This document shows positions 1-12,148 of a stretch of DNA of 64,000 nt, in pieces; positions within the stretch are counted from its first letter, which is position 1, and each line of letters opens with the position of its first letter. Location of the stretch: NCBI GenBank assembly GCA_002104905.1, contig MCFE01000158.1:85992-149991 (forward strand), in the 5' to 3' direction. The notes beneath the pieces were generated by a model. It made no database searches and had not been told where the DNA came from. It saw only the letters and a list, made by a program, of their open reading frames with translations. The position numbers and the translations under genes are program-made. The stretch comes from Basidiobolus meristosporus CBS 931.73 (lineage: Eukaryota > Fungi > Basidiobolomycota).

Positions 1-188
1 TCACAAAAAACTTAGTCAAGATATTTTATCACAACAATATATATATGGCTTTTGATTGATTCCCTGCCAATTTGCTCACTTTCTGATCCCAGACACTCTA
101 TCACCTTCTACCTTTGTGTGCATACTTTCTGACTCAACTGTTTCTGTTACTTTTCATGCGTGTAAATTGATTAATTGTTGTTGATACT

Positions 189-2108
189 TCAGTTGTACCT
201 CAATTGCCAATTGTACTGACCTAAACAAGTCCCTATACCCTGCACTAACATTAAGCCCAGCCCCACACTCAACAAGTGACTCCAATAATATCCACCATTC
301 AATAAGTATTTCTGCTGTAGCATAAGTAATTCCATAAAAGTCCAGCACTTAAAAATTATTTCTGCTGCAATGTACTGGTTCCACAACTTTGGTGAGAACT
401 CAATGGCTCTATGCCACTGATCATTCACTGGTTCCCACACGTCCTGGTCTTCAGCCAGCATTGCAAGGTCTATCACCTCATCTGCCAGTCTTTGCAATAA
501 ATCCTTGCAATATTCAAGTGAGTCTTCTTGAGCACTGCTCTTGAAGCAGTGCTGCAACCTCTTGGTGCACCTATGAATGCTCCAAAATTCCACTGAAGGC
601 ATTGTGATAGTCCTTTGGGTTCTTGACATTAAAGCCTTGTTGGTCAGTAAAATCTTCACTCTGTCAACAATGGAGCACATGGAGACTGTGGTAGATAAAT
701 TGCTTTTTTCTGCAAGCTCATCTACCTTGCTGGAGTGTAGCTCAGCTGGCTGCACTTCCAACTCTTGTGAAAACAGCTGTTTTCTTTTTAGTGATACTTT
801 TTGGTTATGATGGGATTCAGTCTGTTCCAGGCTTGCAGTGTTAATTGGCAAGAACTGCAAGTTTTTTTACATGCTTCCCTGTCTCAGGCTTAGGTATACA
901 CTTTTCTCTTTTCCTTATCACTGCTAGGTCTCTCACTACTACTTTGTCTGAGTGCTTATTATAATGACCTACATATCTGTTTTGGCCTGCATATCTCTTG
1001 CTGGCACTCTTCTAGTAACCTGATGTTTCTTTTCAGCTTGTTTCAAGCTCTTAACTGTAGTTGTGACAGGCTCCTGTAAAAGCTGCTGATTTTTATTGCT
1101 GCCAGGTCCTTCACTCCTACTTTGACTCAGTGCCTCTTGAGTGGTCCTATGCGTTTTCCTTGATAAATGTTGTGCTGGTGTATCTGTGTCAGCCTGCTTG
1201 TCCCTAGTTGGCACTCTTCCAGCTACCTGATGTCTCTTTGATGCCTTTCTGGAGAATTGGACACTGCTTGTAATGTGCTCCTCAGGAAGCTACTGGTTCT
1301 TAACCATGACACACTTGCTCTACTGCCTTTGATAGTTTCTGCTACTCTTAAGATACTTTTTTAGCATACCAGTGCTGGCACAAAATGAATTTGCCCATTT
1401 GAATCCAGGATGATGCTCTTAGAACAAGTCAAGTGCATTCTGCTTGGCCTTATGTCCCTGACAGTCCCATGATATGCCAGCCTTATGGTGATTGTGTGCT
1501 GGAATTCTGATGACGCCTTCAATATTTGACCACTCTTCATTATTGCACTCAATGGCTACACAGTTCTGCAATGTCTTTAAATTCTTTGGCTTTAGTATAC
1601 ATTTCATTGTCTCCCTCCCATGATGTGATAGGCATTCTGTGGGCTTTATTTTAGAGCACTGTTGTTGTGCTTCAAAGACTGTAGGGTATTCCCCTGCTGT
1701 TACATTGGGAAATGGCTCAATTCTTGGCTGCAACATAGAGCTACTTTAGTTCCTTCATTGCAGCAAAGATATTGCTTTCTTGATCTAGGATATCTATTGC
1801 TTTACAAATATTATTTGCTCATCCTGTTTCTGGACTATTTCCTGATTTCTCTGGGTCATTGTATCTATCCTATCTGCCACTGCACCTGATTGCTTCATTA
1901 ATTCTTTGGTATGAGCTGGCAACATACTTACTAATATGGGTTGTGACAAAGTTATGATGGCTACTTGCCAGTCAGCAACTGAGGGGGCTGTGTTTGCTAC
2001 ATTCCCATCAGCCGGACCATAACAGTCAGCTTGTGGCTTTGCAGAGGTTCTCACTTGCCTACTTGACTGCAAGCCTGAGGATTCTGCAACATTATCTTCA
2101 GTGGCCAC
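189..2108 (-). pseudogene. Degraded TE-associated ORF(s) of unknown family
   Basis: Track ORFs 1794-2108, 1419-1736 and 969-1214 lie in one frame broken by TAA/TAG stops. Coiled-coil-like start, region almost CpG-free, ORF 189-860 follows on the same strand. Confidence 0.4.
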
Positions 2109-2149
2109 ACTGTCAACATGGCCTGGACAGTTCTGGACCAGATATAGAA

Positions 2150-3133
2150 ATTACCAGTACTTAGTCAAGCATTTGGCCTCACCAATGCCCCTGCAACAAT
2201 CATGACCTTGATGCACACCATCTTCCAGGAGTGCTTAGACAGGTTTGTGGTAATCTATCTAGAAGACATATTGATATACGGCAAAATAAAAGAGGAGCAC
2301 TTGGCTCAAATCTAAAAGGTCTTCAAGAAGCTAAGAGAAAACAAGCTATACAGCAAGCTAGTAACATGTGAACTCTTGAAGAAACTTCTTGTCCTGTGGA
2401 AATCTTATATGATAGATTAGCAAACTGTAAGGCAAAAATATAGGTATTCAACATGGAAATGCTGCATATTAATCATTGAAAACTTTGGCATGTCACCATA
2501 AGCTAATGATGCTACTGAGAGGTTAAATGATTTATTTGGAAAATGACAACCAAATATTCAAATGGAGCTTTAGTAAATGGGAAAAGTGTATTTGCCATGC
2601 ACTGTTTGCCTGCAGAGTTAGGCGGCACAACACTCCCCAACAATTGCCATTTTTCTTAGTGCTTGGATGTCAATCATGGATTCCAGGAGATCTCACACAG
2701 CCAAAACTCACTGACAACTTGGAGGATGAGCTCAGTTGGCATACTAGAAACCAACAATTGAAACAAGTATATCTGGAGGCACAGACCAAAATTTTTAAAA
2801 GAGCAGAAAAGATGATGCAAAGACTGGATAAGACTATATCACTGGAGGCTATGATAACTGAAAATCTTGTATTGCTATGAAGCAGCACTTAGAAGGAGTC
2901 TGAAAGCAATGGACAAGTCCATTCAAGATCATCAGATATTGTTGATTTGTAACTTACCAACCAGTAGACAAACAAGAGAACATCAGAGATGATCTAGTTC
3001 ATTAAGATAAACTCAAGCTTAGAAGACTTGCTTGCAATACTGAGCCATCTAGATACTGGCTCCACAAGATAGGAGATTCAGGAGGACCCTCATGGCTTTT
3101 GTAGGGGAGAATGTGATGATCTTATTCTTGAAT
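2150..3133 (+). mobile_element. Ty3/Gypsy relic: RT fragment, integrase C-terminus, PPT and start of 3' LTR
   Basis: Translates to [26 protein letters not shown] (RT) and ALFACRV..IPGDLTQPKL (integrase, homologous to 17767-18090). PPT aggggagaa precedes LTR start TGTGATGAT at 3112. Confidence 0.8.
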
Positions 3134-3655
3134 AGACTTGTTCCATTGTACCGTGCCAGGGCACACGGTGCAATCTGCGGTTGTAAAGAACAATTGGGCA
3201 CAATATTATAGCTACCAGAAGGCAGGATTGTTCTTGGGCAATTTCGCACTGTGCGGGACAATCTTGCACACTATAGCACAATCTGACACAATGAGGTTGG
3301 CACGGATGATTGCGCCAACTTGTAATGTTTGCATCACGTGCGCAACTGGATACCTCTATTATGGCAGGTAAAATCCAGTATTTAGATATGTTTCTTTAAT
3401 GTAAATGGAAATAGTTGTGTATCACACTATAAACTACACTGATACTTACCATTTTGGTTACCCTCACTCCAATTGGACGGTATCTCAGTGGTTAATTGGT
3501 CCAAAAGTATCCTGAAGCTGGCAGCCCCCAATTGGCTCATTGACTACTGAAAAAGCTACCTGATTCACCATCAAATATCCCATTTTGCCCATTGAGCAAG
3601 TAAATCCCTGATCCTAGTGATTGGACCAGGTATCATAGCTAGCACGCAAGCAATC

Positions 3656-3836
3656 AGACTTGTTCCATCATTCCAGCTGATCATAGTGCCCAATAGTGCC
3701 ATAGCATGCCAGATGGTGCCATACTGTGCCAATTTGGGATCAAAATTGACATGCATATGACCCTAAAATATCAAATTAATAACAAAATATACAGCACTTT
3801 CTGGCACTATGATCAATGGCACAATGGAACAAGTCT
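3656..3836. mobile_element. MITE sharing TIRs with the Pangu-type element, nested inside copy 1
   Basis: AGACTTGTTCCAT...ATGGAACAAGTCT, flanks ATC/ATT. The empty site (GCAAGCA-ATT-GTGTA) is present in copy 2 near 9431. Confidence 0.9.
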
Positions 3837-4060
3837 ATTGTGTATGTGCAAAACAGATCCAATAGCTGCACTGGTATTACAGATGACATATATATATGCA
3901 GGGTGTTTATTTATAGGGGTTCTGTCTCAAATGTGAGACAACCTTGATATTACTTATATCAAAAATTTGATGATCACTGATTTGCAATGGCTCAATTTGG
4001 ATTGCAAAAAAAAAGGGTTGCCGGGATCATTACAAATGTGCGCAATTGAAAGCGATCGCA

Positions 4061-5389
4061 TCAACTACTCCTGGGTTTTTTTCTAACAGGGAATACTACT
4101 GAAGCATTTGGTAGTGACTCACTTTGCACACCTATACCGCATCCTGGCTGACTATCATCCTGGCTACTTGTGTATTTGTAGTCAGTATTTTGCCTCCTAG
4201 TTGATGAGTGCAATGCTGCAGCTTGGCCGCGCTGAATTGCTCCAACTGAACCAACTGAACCGGCCTGTAGTGCCACATGCTGACGCGTTCTTTTACTTGC
4301 TAAGGGCTCCGGTGGTTGAGGCACTTCATGTTGTTCATCATCAGTCAGTTCACCAGAAGTAACTTGCTGATGGTCAGGCAAAACAGCATGTGCAGGCACA
4401 CCTTGACATGTTGAGATGGCCCTTGGCTGAGTTTGATGTGATGCTGCATGTTGACGCAACTCGGTCCGCTCCAATGGACTTGTGTCTAAATGAGCAGTTT
4501 GGCAAGTTCTTGTAGTTTTGCTCTGAAGCGTGTGCGTTGACTCAATGCAGGGCATTCTGGTAAAGGGTGTTGGTGTGGTCTGGACTGACATGTGCCGGCG
4601 CGCTGTGGTTGCAAGAGATGGTAGGGAATCCAGCAAGGCGTGCTGGCGCAATCTGGACAATGCTGCTTGCGGTCTGTATTCTTCCTCCTGAAGCTCACCA
4701 TCTGATTCCTCAAGGTATTCACTTACCCTCTGTCTGATACTTTGGAGCTGTTGCCTGGATGAGTCCTGTGTATGTTGCTCTTGGAAGCCACTTAGCTCTA
4801 CTAATATATCACGTAGTACATTAGTCATTTGAGGCAAAAACTCATTCAAAATCTCTTTGGTTCCCAAAGTTGAGGCACAAACAGACGCGTCCGGCCCGTA
4901 CTGTGCAAATTGCGCGCAAAATTGTTCCCGCATGGCTTCTTTGTCAAATCCCCTCACTCTCAGCTCATTCTTATTTCAATACTTGTCTTGTTATATATCT
5001 TTTTACATACATTGGCTGGCATCTTGATGTGGAACTCATGCCACAGCTTTCTACTCAAATTCTTCCATCTTTGTCAACTCTCTGAGGTATCTAGTTCTGC
5101 TAGATTAATCAGTAGTGCCCAAATATCTGTATGAAGGCTCATCATAGACACTTGGGCCATACTAAAATCATTTGGCAAGAGCTCAAATGGATTGAACATC
5201 AACTTTTCCGGTCTGGACTGTGCTTGTGAGCTGGGGGATGGGTTTTGTCTGAGTTGTACTAAAGATGAGTTGAGGCTTGGTACAGGGACCATAGCAACGG
5301 ATTTGGATACTTATACAGCAGTATATTGGCATCAACCTGGTCTTATATGAAATATATATGAAAACTAATGTGATTGTTGAATTTTCCAT
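4061..5389 (-). pseudogene. Accessory ORF2 of transposon copy 1
   Basis: Homologous to 9657-11001. Low complexity and Q/S/T/R-rich, no domain recognised, exon structure unresolved. Confidence 0.55.
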
Positions 5390-5651
5390 ATATTATGCAT
5401 GATGCATCTTGGATTGCTTTGACCCAGATCAGATCACATCAATTGCAGATTTCCTATTTGATTATAGACCTATGATTAAAGCATCAATAACAGTACCAAG
5501 GCATTGTTTGCGGATGATTTTTGCAACACAATGATGGGATACATGGCAATTGATGGAGATTTAACCATAATGTATTAAAAATCAAATAAATAACGCAGAT
5601 TGAGCCAAATTGATTCAAACCACCTCCATACAATCATCCACCAATTTTAAT

Positions 5652-6534
5652 ATGACTTTCTCATCTGAATGGTCTTTTCTCATCAATCCCATCACTACCA
5701 CTGGATTTCCTTTTGACACACTAGTGGAGATCTATTCCAAGTACTGTGGACCATCAACCCCAATCTACTCAAGGAGATTCCTTGTTAAGCTTCTCTGCTA
5801 TTACAAGAACTATTGCCCTACAAGGTTTCATCCCACCATCCATGGCAACAAAAGTCCTAGAAGCTTTCATTCCCAGCTGACAGCAATGGAGAACCACCTT
5901 GCAGAGGGTATGAATGACTTAGAGCAAGCTTGGAATACTAGGTTCAGAAGCTCCAATAGACTTCCATATCCCAGAGTGTTCAGCAACAGGTTCCATATCT
6001 GGAGTATTTTGGATACCTTCCCAGTGAGGATTAACACACCTTCTAGAGGGCAGAGGCACTTTTATTCTGGCAAGTACAAGGCACACTGTGTGAAGTTTCT
6101 AGCACTGTCTGACATTGAGGGTAACATCATCTGGTTTAGTGGGCCATTTGCTGGAAGTAGGCTTGACAAAGCACTCTGGGTAGAGAATCATCCTGAATTC
6201 AGTAGAGGGGAGAAATGTATGGCAGACTTAGCCTATATAGGAGAGGATTGTCAGAGATTAGGATGTATTACAGCTTATAGGAAGCCAAGGAATGGTGTGC
6301 TTAGCAAGAAGCAGAAGCTCTACAATGAGATATTTAATCATTTCAGAGTAAGGGTAGAGCACACATTTGGATAAATGAAGAGATTCAGCATATTGGCAGG
6401 TAAATACAGAGGAAAGTCATATATAGGAGAAAACAGCACAATAGGTAAAATAGTCAAGATACTTATTAATGCACAGTATGTTCATACAAGAAGAGATCCA
6501 CTGAGAGAAATGTGTGGAGCATTATGAAGAGTAA
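5652..6534 (+). pseudogene. DDE_Tnp_4-type transposase, truncated
   Basis: Near-identical to 11264-12148 but with a premature TAA at 6372-6374, Q>L and H>L changes in the KFQAL/SRHD motifs and a 2-bp deletion near the end. Confidence 0.85.
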
Positions 6535-8167
6535 ATAAAGCAAGGAAAGCACTATTCTGAGCAACATAAGTAAGATTGAGTAAAATTACCAGTAACTGTA
6601 TTACACCACTGGCATCATGGTAGATATCATAGTGCCAGATAGTGCCGTAGAGTGCCAGATCAATCTGGCACCATAAACAGGCTGGCACTATGTGGCACTA
6701 TCCAACGGCACAAGTCTAATATCTAAATTAGATAATTTTTAGTCAAATCAATTAGTTTTATGCTAGGTCTATCAGCATATCACATTATATATATTAAGTC
6801 AGTAGTATTAGTCAGCAAATGAATCAGCAGATTGCTATCGGACAGAAGTGGATACGTTGATTATGACTTAGTTGGGTGAACATGAAGCAATCAACTGAAC
6901 TATTTCCACAATCTTCATTAGTCAGCAATTGATCTGGCAAAATATAAATAAGAATCCGCCAGAACCTCAATAAAGATCAGTTCAAGTTTTAGTAGATACA
7001 TCATTAGCTAAACTCTTTATTTCTCTACAACTTTTATTTAAGACTTGTATCATGTTAACTGTTGCATGGAACTTACATCACAAAATGCCACCATTCAAAG
7101 GTACTCAAGTTTTCAGGAGTCCACCACCATAGGAGGAAAACATTGTTGATACTCTGGACATATTCCAGCAATACCCCATCTAAGGAAGCTCATGCCATTA
7201 AAAAAATGTTGCAAAGCTATGTACTGCACTCAGTATCAATCAAGCACAAGCATTTACAATCTATTTGATTACAAAAATTTCATACAACTAAGAAGCAACA
7301 TCTACCCTGAAGGTATGTATGAAATGCCTTGGCCCTGACACTTGATGGATTCCCATTAAAAAAGGAATCTGCCTGCAAATCCTGCTGGCCACTGATGCTT
7401 ATCAACCAGAATTTGTTGCCTATATTACAATATCAGAGCATAAGTGTGATGATGGTCTCACTGGTATCTGGACCTAAACTACCATCCAACTTGAGCAGCT
7501 ACCTCTATCCATTGCTGGGAGAGTTTTGTAGGCTTTGCAGCAAAATATTACTAAATGGCCATCATATCAGAGCATGTTTTTTATCTTCATTGGAGATACC
7601 CTAGCCATCAGCAAGATAGCTAGCTTCTCTGGGCACAATGGATGGTATGGCTGGCAAATTTGTAAGATCCCAGACATTTGATCTAAAACTAAAACAGATT
7701 ACCAATATCCAAGCACCAACACTGAGAACATTTTCTTCTCTCAAGAAACCTTTCAGAAGTCAGTATGCAATTGCAGCAAAGTTTGCCTGCCATAAGCCAT
7801 TAGCCAGAACATGGAATTAATCAGAAATCATAGATATTTGGGATAGATTGAATATATTGGAGTAAAAGCTTTCCTCTGTGATCAATACCTTTGCTTACAT
7901 CAATATCACCATGCCAATGACCAAGTTGTGCATTGGGCATTTCAAGCTGATTGAGCCCTCTGAGATATCAGTGAAATTTAAAAAATTGGCAAAAAATGAT
8001 AGAGTACTTGCTACCCAAACTACTTCTCACAGGTGCCAATATATATCTATATACAACTACAGCAATACAAATACCAGGACTGGATGAGTTGATCATGTCT
8101 TTATCAATGAAGTCTTCTTAAGCCATTTTAGCCATGAGTACATCAGAAGCATTGGCAGTCATATATT

Positions 8168-8378
8168 AGACTTGTACCATTGTGCCATTGATCATAGTGC
8201 CAGAATGTGCTGTATATTTTGTTATTAATTTGATATTTTAGGGTCATATGCATGCCAATTTTGATCCCAAATTGGCACTGTATGGCACCATCTGGTATTC
8301 TGTGGCATGATCAGACACCATCTGGCATGTGATGGCACTGTTGGGCACTATAATCAGCTGGAATGATGGAACAAGTCT
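8168..8378. mobile_element. MITE, second copy, opposite orientation
   Basis: ATT-AGACTTGTACCATTG...ATGGAACAAGTCT-ATT. Reverse complement of 3656-3836 plus three extra 10-bp units. Confidence 0.9.
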
Positions 8379-9656
8379 ATTGACATTGTAATAATATTCA
8401 TCCAGAAGGGAATCATTATTGACAACTTGATGCATCTACAGCATTTGTGCAAGGAGCTTGTGCCAGGATTTGAGTGGCTATACCACAAGCATAAAGCTGA
8501 GCACATATATCTCAGCTACTACTGTATCCATTCTCCACCATATCATAGTTGGTATGTGGATAATACTTGACCTTGCTTCACCTTTTAGGAATTTCCAATG
8601 GAGCAGATTTGTAGGGAGATAGGAAGAAAAGTCAAGTAGTAGGTACTACCATACCCCAATCTCATCAAGAATATTACCTTCAAGTTCATTATGGACTTGA
8701 TAAATTTGCACTTGACAGACAGCCAGGAAATGTTGGAAAATACTGAGGCAAATGTGCACACATAGGCACCTATGCATTTGCCATTAAAGTACTAGGCAAC
8801 CACAATATATTGTTATTCAACTAAGTACTGCACAGTTGGGTTGGGTGCAACAATCAACTAATTTGTATCAGGAAAACTTTACCAAAATTTGCCAGGTCTT
8901 TCATGAATACAATAGACTTGTTCCATTGTACCGTGCCAGGGTGCGCGGCACAATCTGCGGTCGTAAAGAACAATCGGGCGCGATATTATAGCTACCAGAA
9001 GGCAGGATCGTTCTTGGATGATTTCGCACTATGCGGGACAATCTTGCACACTATGGCACAATCTGACACGATGAGGTTGGTGCGGATGATCACGCCAACT
9101 TGTAATGTTTGCATCATGTGCGCAATTGGATACTGCTATAATGGCAGGTAAAATCCGGTATTTGGATATGTTTCTTTAATGTAAATGGAAATAAATGTGT
9201 ATCACACTATAAACTACACTGATACTTACCATTTTGGTTACCCTCACTCCAATTGGACGGTATCTCAGTGGTTAATTGGTCCAAAAGTATCCTGAAGCTG
9301 GCAGCCCCCAATTGGCTCATTGACTACTGAAAAAGCTACCTGATTTGCCATCAAATATCCCATTTTGCCCATTGAGCAAGTAAATCCCTGATCCTAGTGA
9401 TTGGACAAGGTGTCATAGCTAGCACGCAAGCAATTGTGTAGGTGCAAAACAGATCCAATAGCTGCACTGGTATTACAGATGACGTATATATATGCAGGGT
9501 GTTTATTTATAGGGGTTCTGTCTCAAATGTGAGATGACCTTGATATTACTTATATCAAAAATTTGATGATCACTGATTTGCAATGGCTCAATTTGGATTG
9601 CAAAAAAAAAGTGTTGTTGGGATCATTACAAATGTGAGCAATTCAAAGCAATCGCA

Positions 9657-11001
9657 TCATCTTCTCCTGGGTTTTTTTCTCACAGGGATTACTACTGAAG
9701 CATTTGGTAATGACTCACTTTGCACACCTATACTACTTCCTGGCTGACTATCATCTTGGCTACTTGTGTATTTGTAGTCAGTATTTTGCCTCCTAGTTGA
9801 TGAGTGCGATGCTGCAGCTTGGCCGCGCTGAATTGCTCCGACTGAACCAACTGAACCGGCCTGTAGTGCCATGCAATGACGCGTTCTTTTACTTGCCAAG
9901 GGCTCCGGTAGTTGAGGCACTTCATGTTGGTCATCATCAGTCAGTTCACCAGAAGTAACTTGCTGATGGTCAGGCAAAACGGCACACGCAGGCGTGCCTT
10001 GACGCGTTGAGATGGCCCTTGGCTGAGTTTGATGTGATGCCGCTTGTTGACGCCAATCGGTCCGCTCCAATGGACTTGTGTTTAAATGAGCAGTTTGGCA
10101 AGTTCTTGTAGTTTTGCTCTGAAGCACGCGCGTTGACTCAATGCGCGTTGACTTGACGCGGGGCGTTCTGGTAAAGGGTGTTTGTGTGGTCTGGACTGAT
10201 GTGCGCCGGTATGCTGTGGTTGCAAGAGATGGTAGGGAATCCAGCGAGGCATGCTGGCGCAATCTGGACAATGCTGCTTGCGGTCTGTATTCTTCCTCCT
10301 GAAGCTCACCATCTGATTCCTCAAGGTATTCACTTACCCTCTGTCTGATACTTTGGAGCTGTTGCCTGGATGAGTCCTGTGTATATTGCTCTTGGAAGCC
10401 ACTTAGCTCTACTAATACATCATGTAGTACTTTAGTCATTTGAGGCAAAAACTCATTCAAAATCTCTTTGGTTCCCAAAGTTGAGGCACAAACGGACACG
10501 TCCGGCCCGTACTGTGCAAATTGCGCGCAAAATTGTTCCCGCACGGCTTCTTTGTCAAATCCCTTCACTCTCAGCTCATTCTTGATTTCAATACTTGTCT
10601 TGTAATATATCTTTTTACATACATTGGCTGGCATCTTGATGTAGAACTCATGCCACAGCTTTCTACTCAAATTCTTCCATCTTTGTCAACTCTCTGAGGT
10701 ATCTAGTTCTGCTAGATTAATCAGTAGTGCCCAAATATCTGTATGAAGGCTCATCATAGACACTTGGGCCATACTAGAATCATTTGGCAAGAACTTGAAC
10801 AGATCCAACATAGACTTCTCCGGTCCGGACCGCGCTTGTGAGCTGGGGGAAGGGTTTTGTCTGGGTTGTACTAAAGATGAGTTGAAGCTTGGTATGGGGA
10901 CCATAGCAATGGATTTGGATACTTATACAGCCGTATATTGGCATCAACCTGGTCTTATATGAATTAGATATGAAAACTAATGTGATTGTTGAATTTTCCA
11001 T
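9657..11001 (-). CDS. Accessory ORF2 of transposon copy 2 (exon structure uncertain)
   Basis: 337-codon open frame 9657-10670 plus upstream frames to 11001, divergent from the transposase as in two-gene PHIS elements. Confidence 0.55.
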
Positions 11002-11263
11002 ATATTATGCCTGATGCATCTTGGATTGCGTTGACACGGATCAGATCACATCAATCGCAGATTTCCTATTTGATTATAGACCTATGATTAAAGCATCAAT
11101 AACAGTACCAAGGCATTGTTTGCGGATGATTTTTGCGACATAATGATGGGATACATGGCAATTGATGGAGATTTAACCATAATGTGTTAAAAATCAGATA
11201 AATAACGCAGATTGCGCCAAACCAATTCAAACCGCCTCCATACAATCATCCATCAATTTTAAT

Positions 11264-12148
11264 ATGACTTACTCATCTGAATGGTCTTTTCTCATCAATC
11301 CCATCACTACCACTGGATTTCCTTTTGACACACTGGAGGAGATTTATACCAAGTACTGTGGACCATCAACCCCAATCTACTCAAGGAGATTCCTTGTTAA
11401 GCTTCTCTGCTATTACAAGAACTATTGCCCTACAAGGTTTCATCCCACCATCCATGGCAACAAAAGTCCTAGAAGCTTTCATTCCCAGCTGACAGCAATG
11501 GAGAACCACCTTGCAGAGGGTATGAATGACTTAGAGCAAGCTTGGAATACTAGGTTCAGAAGCTCCAATAGACTTCCATATCCCAGAGTGTTCAGCAACA
11601 GGTTCCATATCTGGAGTATTTTGGATACCTTCCCAGTGAGGATTAACACACCTTCTAGAGGGCAGAGGCACTTTTATTCTGGCAAGTACAAGGCACACTG
11701 TGTGAAGTTTCAAGCACTGTCTGACATTGAGGGTAACATCATCTGGTTTAGTGGGCCATTTGCTGGAAGTAGGCATGACAAAGCACTCTGGGTAGAGAAT
11801 CATCCTGAATTCAGTAGAGGGGAGAAATGTATGGCAGACTTAGCCTATATAGGAGAGGATTGTCAGAGATTAGGATGTATTACAGCTTATAGGAAGCCAA
11901 GGAATGGTGTGCTTAGCAGGAAGCAGAAGCTCTACAATGAGATATTTAATCATTTCAGAGTAAGGGTAGAGCACACATTTGGATATCTGAAGAGATTCAG
12001 CATATTGGCAGGTAAATACAGAGGAAAGTCATATATAGGTGAAAACAGCAGAATAGGTAAAATAGTTAAGATACTTATTTATGCACAGTTTGTTCATACA
12101 AGAAGACATCCACTGAGAGAAATGTGTCTGGAGCATTATGAAGAGTAA
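11264..12148 (+). CDS. PIF/Harbinger-family (DDE_Tnp_4) transposase, 294 aa
   Basis: Motifs ILDTFP..FYSGKYKAHCVKFQ..GSRHD..MADLAY..FNHFRVRVEHTFGYLKRF carry the D, D and E catalytic residues. Confidence 0.92.
   Translation: MTYSSEWSFLINPITTTGFPFDTLEEIYTKYCGPSTPIYSRRFLVKLLCYYKNYCPTRFHPTIHGNKSPRSFHSQLTAMENHLAEGMNDLEQAWNTRFRSSNRLPYPRVFSNRFHIWSILDTFPVRINTPSRGQRHFYSGKYKAHCVKFQALSDIEGNIIWFSGPFAGSRHDKALWVENHPEFSRGEKCMADLAYIGEDCQRLGCITAYRKPRNGVLSRKQKLYNEIFNHFRVRVEHTFGYLKRFSILAGKYRGKSYIGENSRIGKIVKILIYAQFVHTRRHPLREMCLEHYEE

Larger units (their letters stand above)
3134..6717 (+). mobile_element. PHIS (Harbinger-related, Pangu-type) DNA transposon, copy 1, defective
   Basis: TIRs AGACTTGTTCCATTG / CAACGGCACAAGTCT, AAT on both flanks (3131-3133, 6718-6720), divergent DDE transposase and ORF2, collinear with 8914-12331. 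Confidence 0.9.
3112..7052 (+). repeat. Family-A LTR split by the DNA transposon at 3134-6717
   Basis: Joining 3112-3133 to 6721-7052 reconstitutes a TG...CA LTR similar to 16058-16425. Confidence 0.7.
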
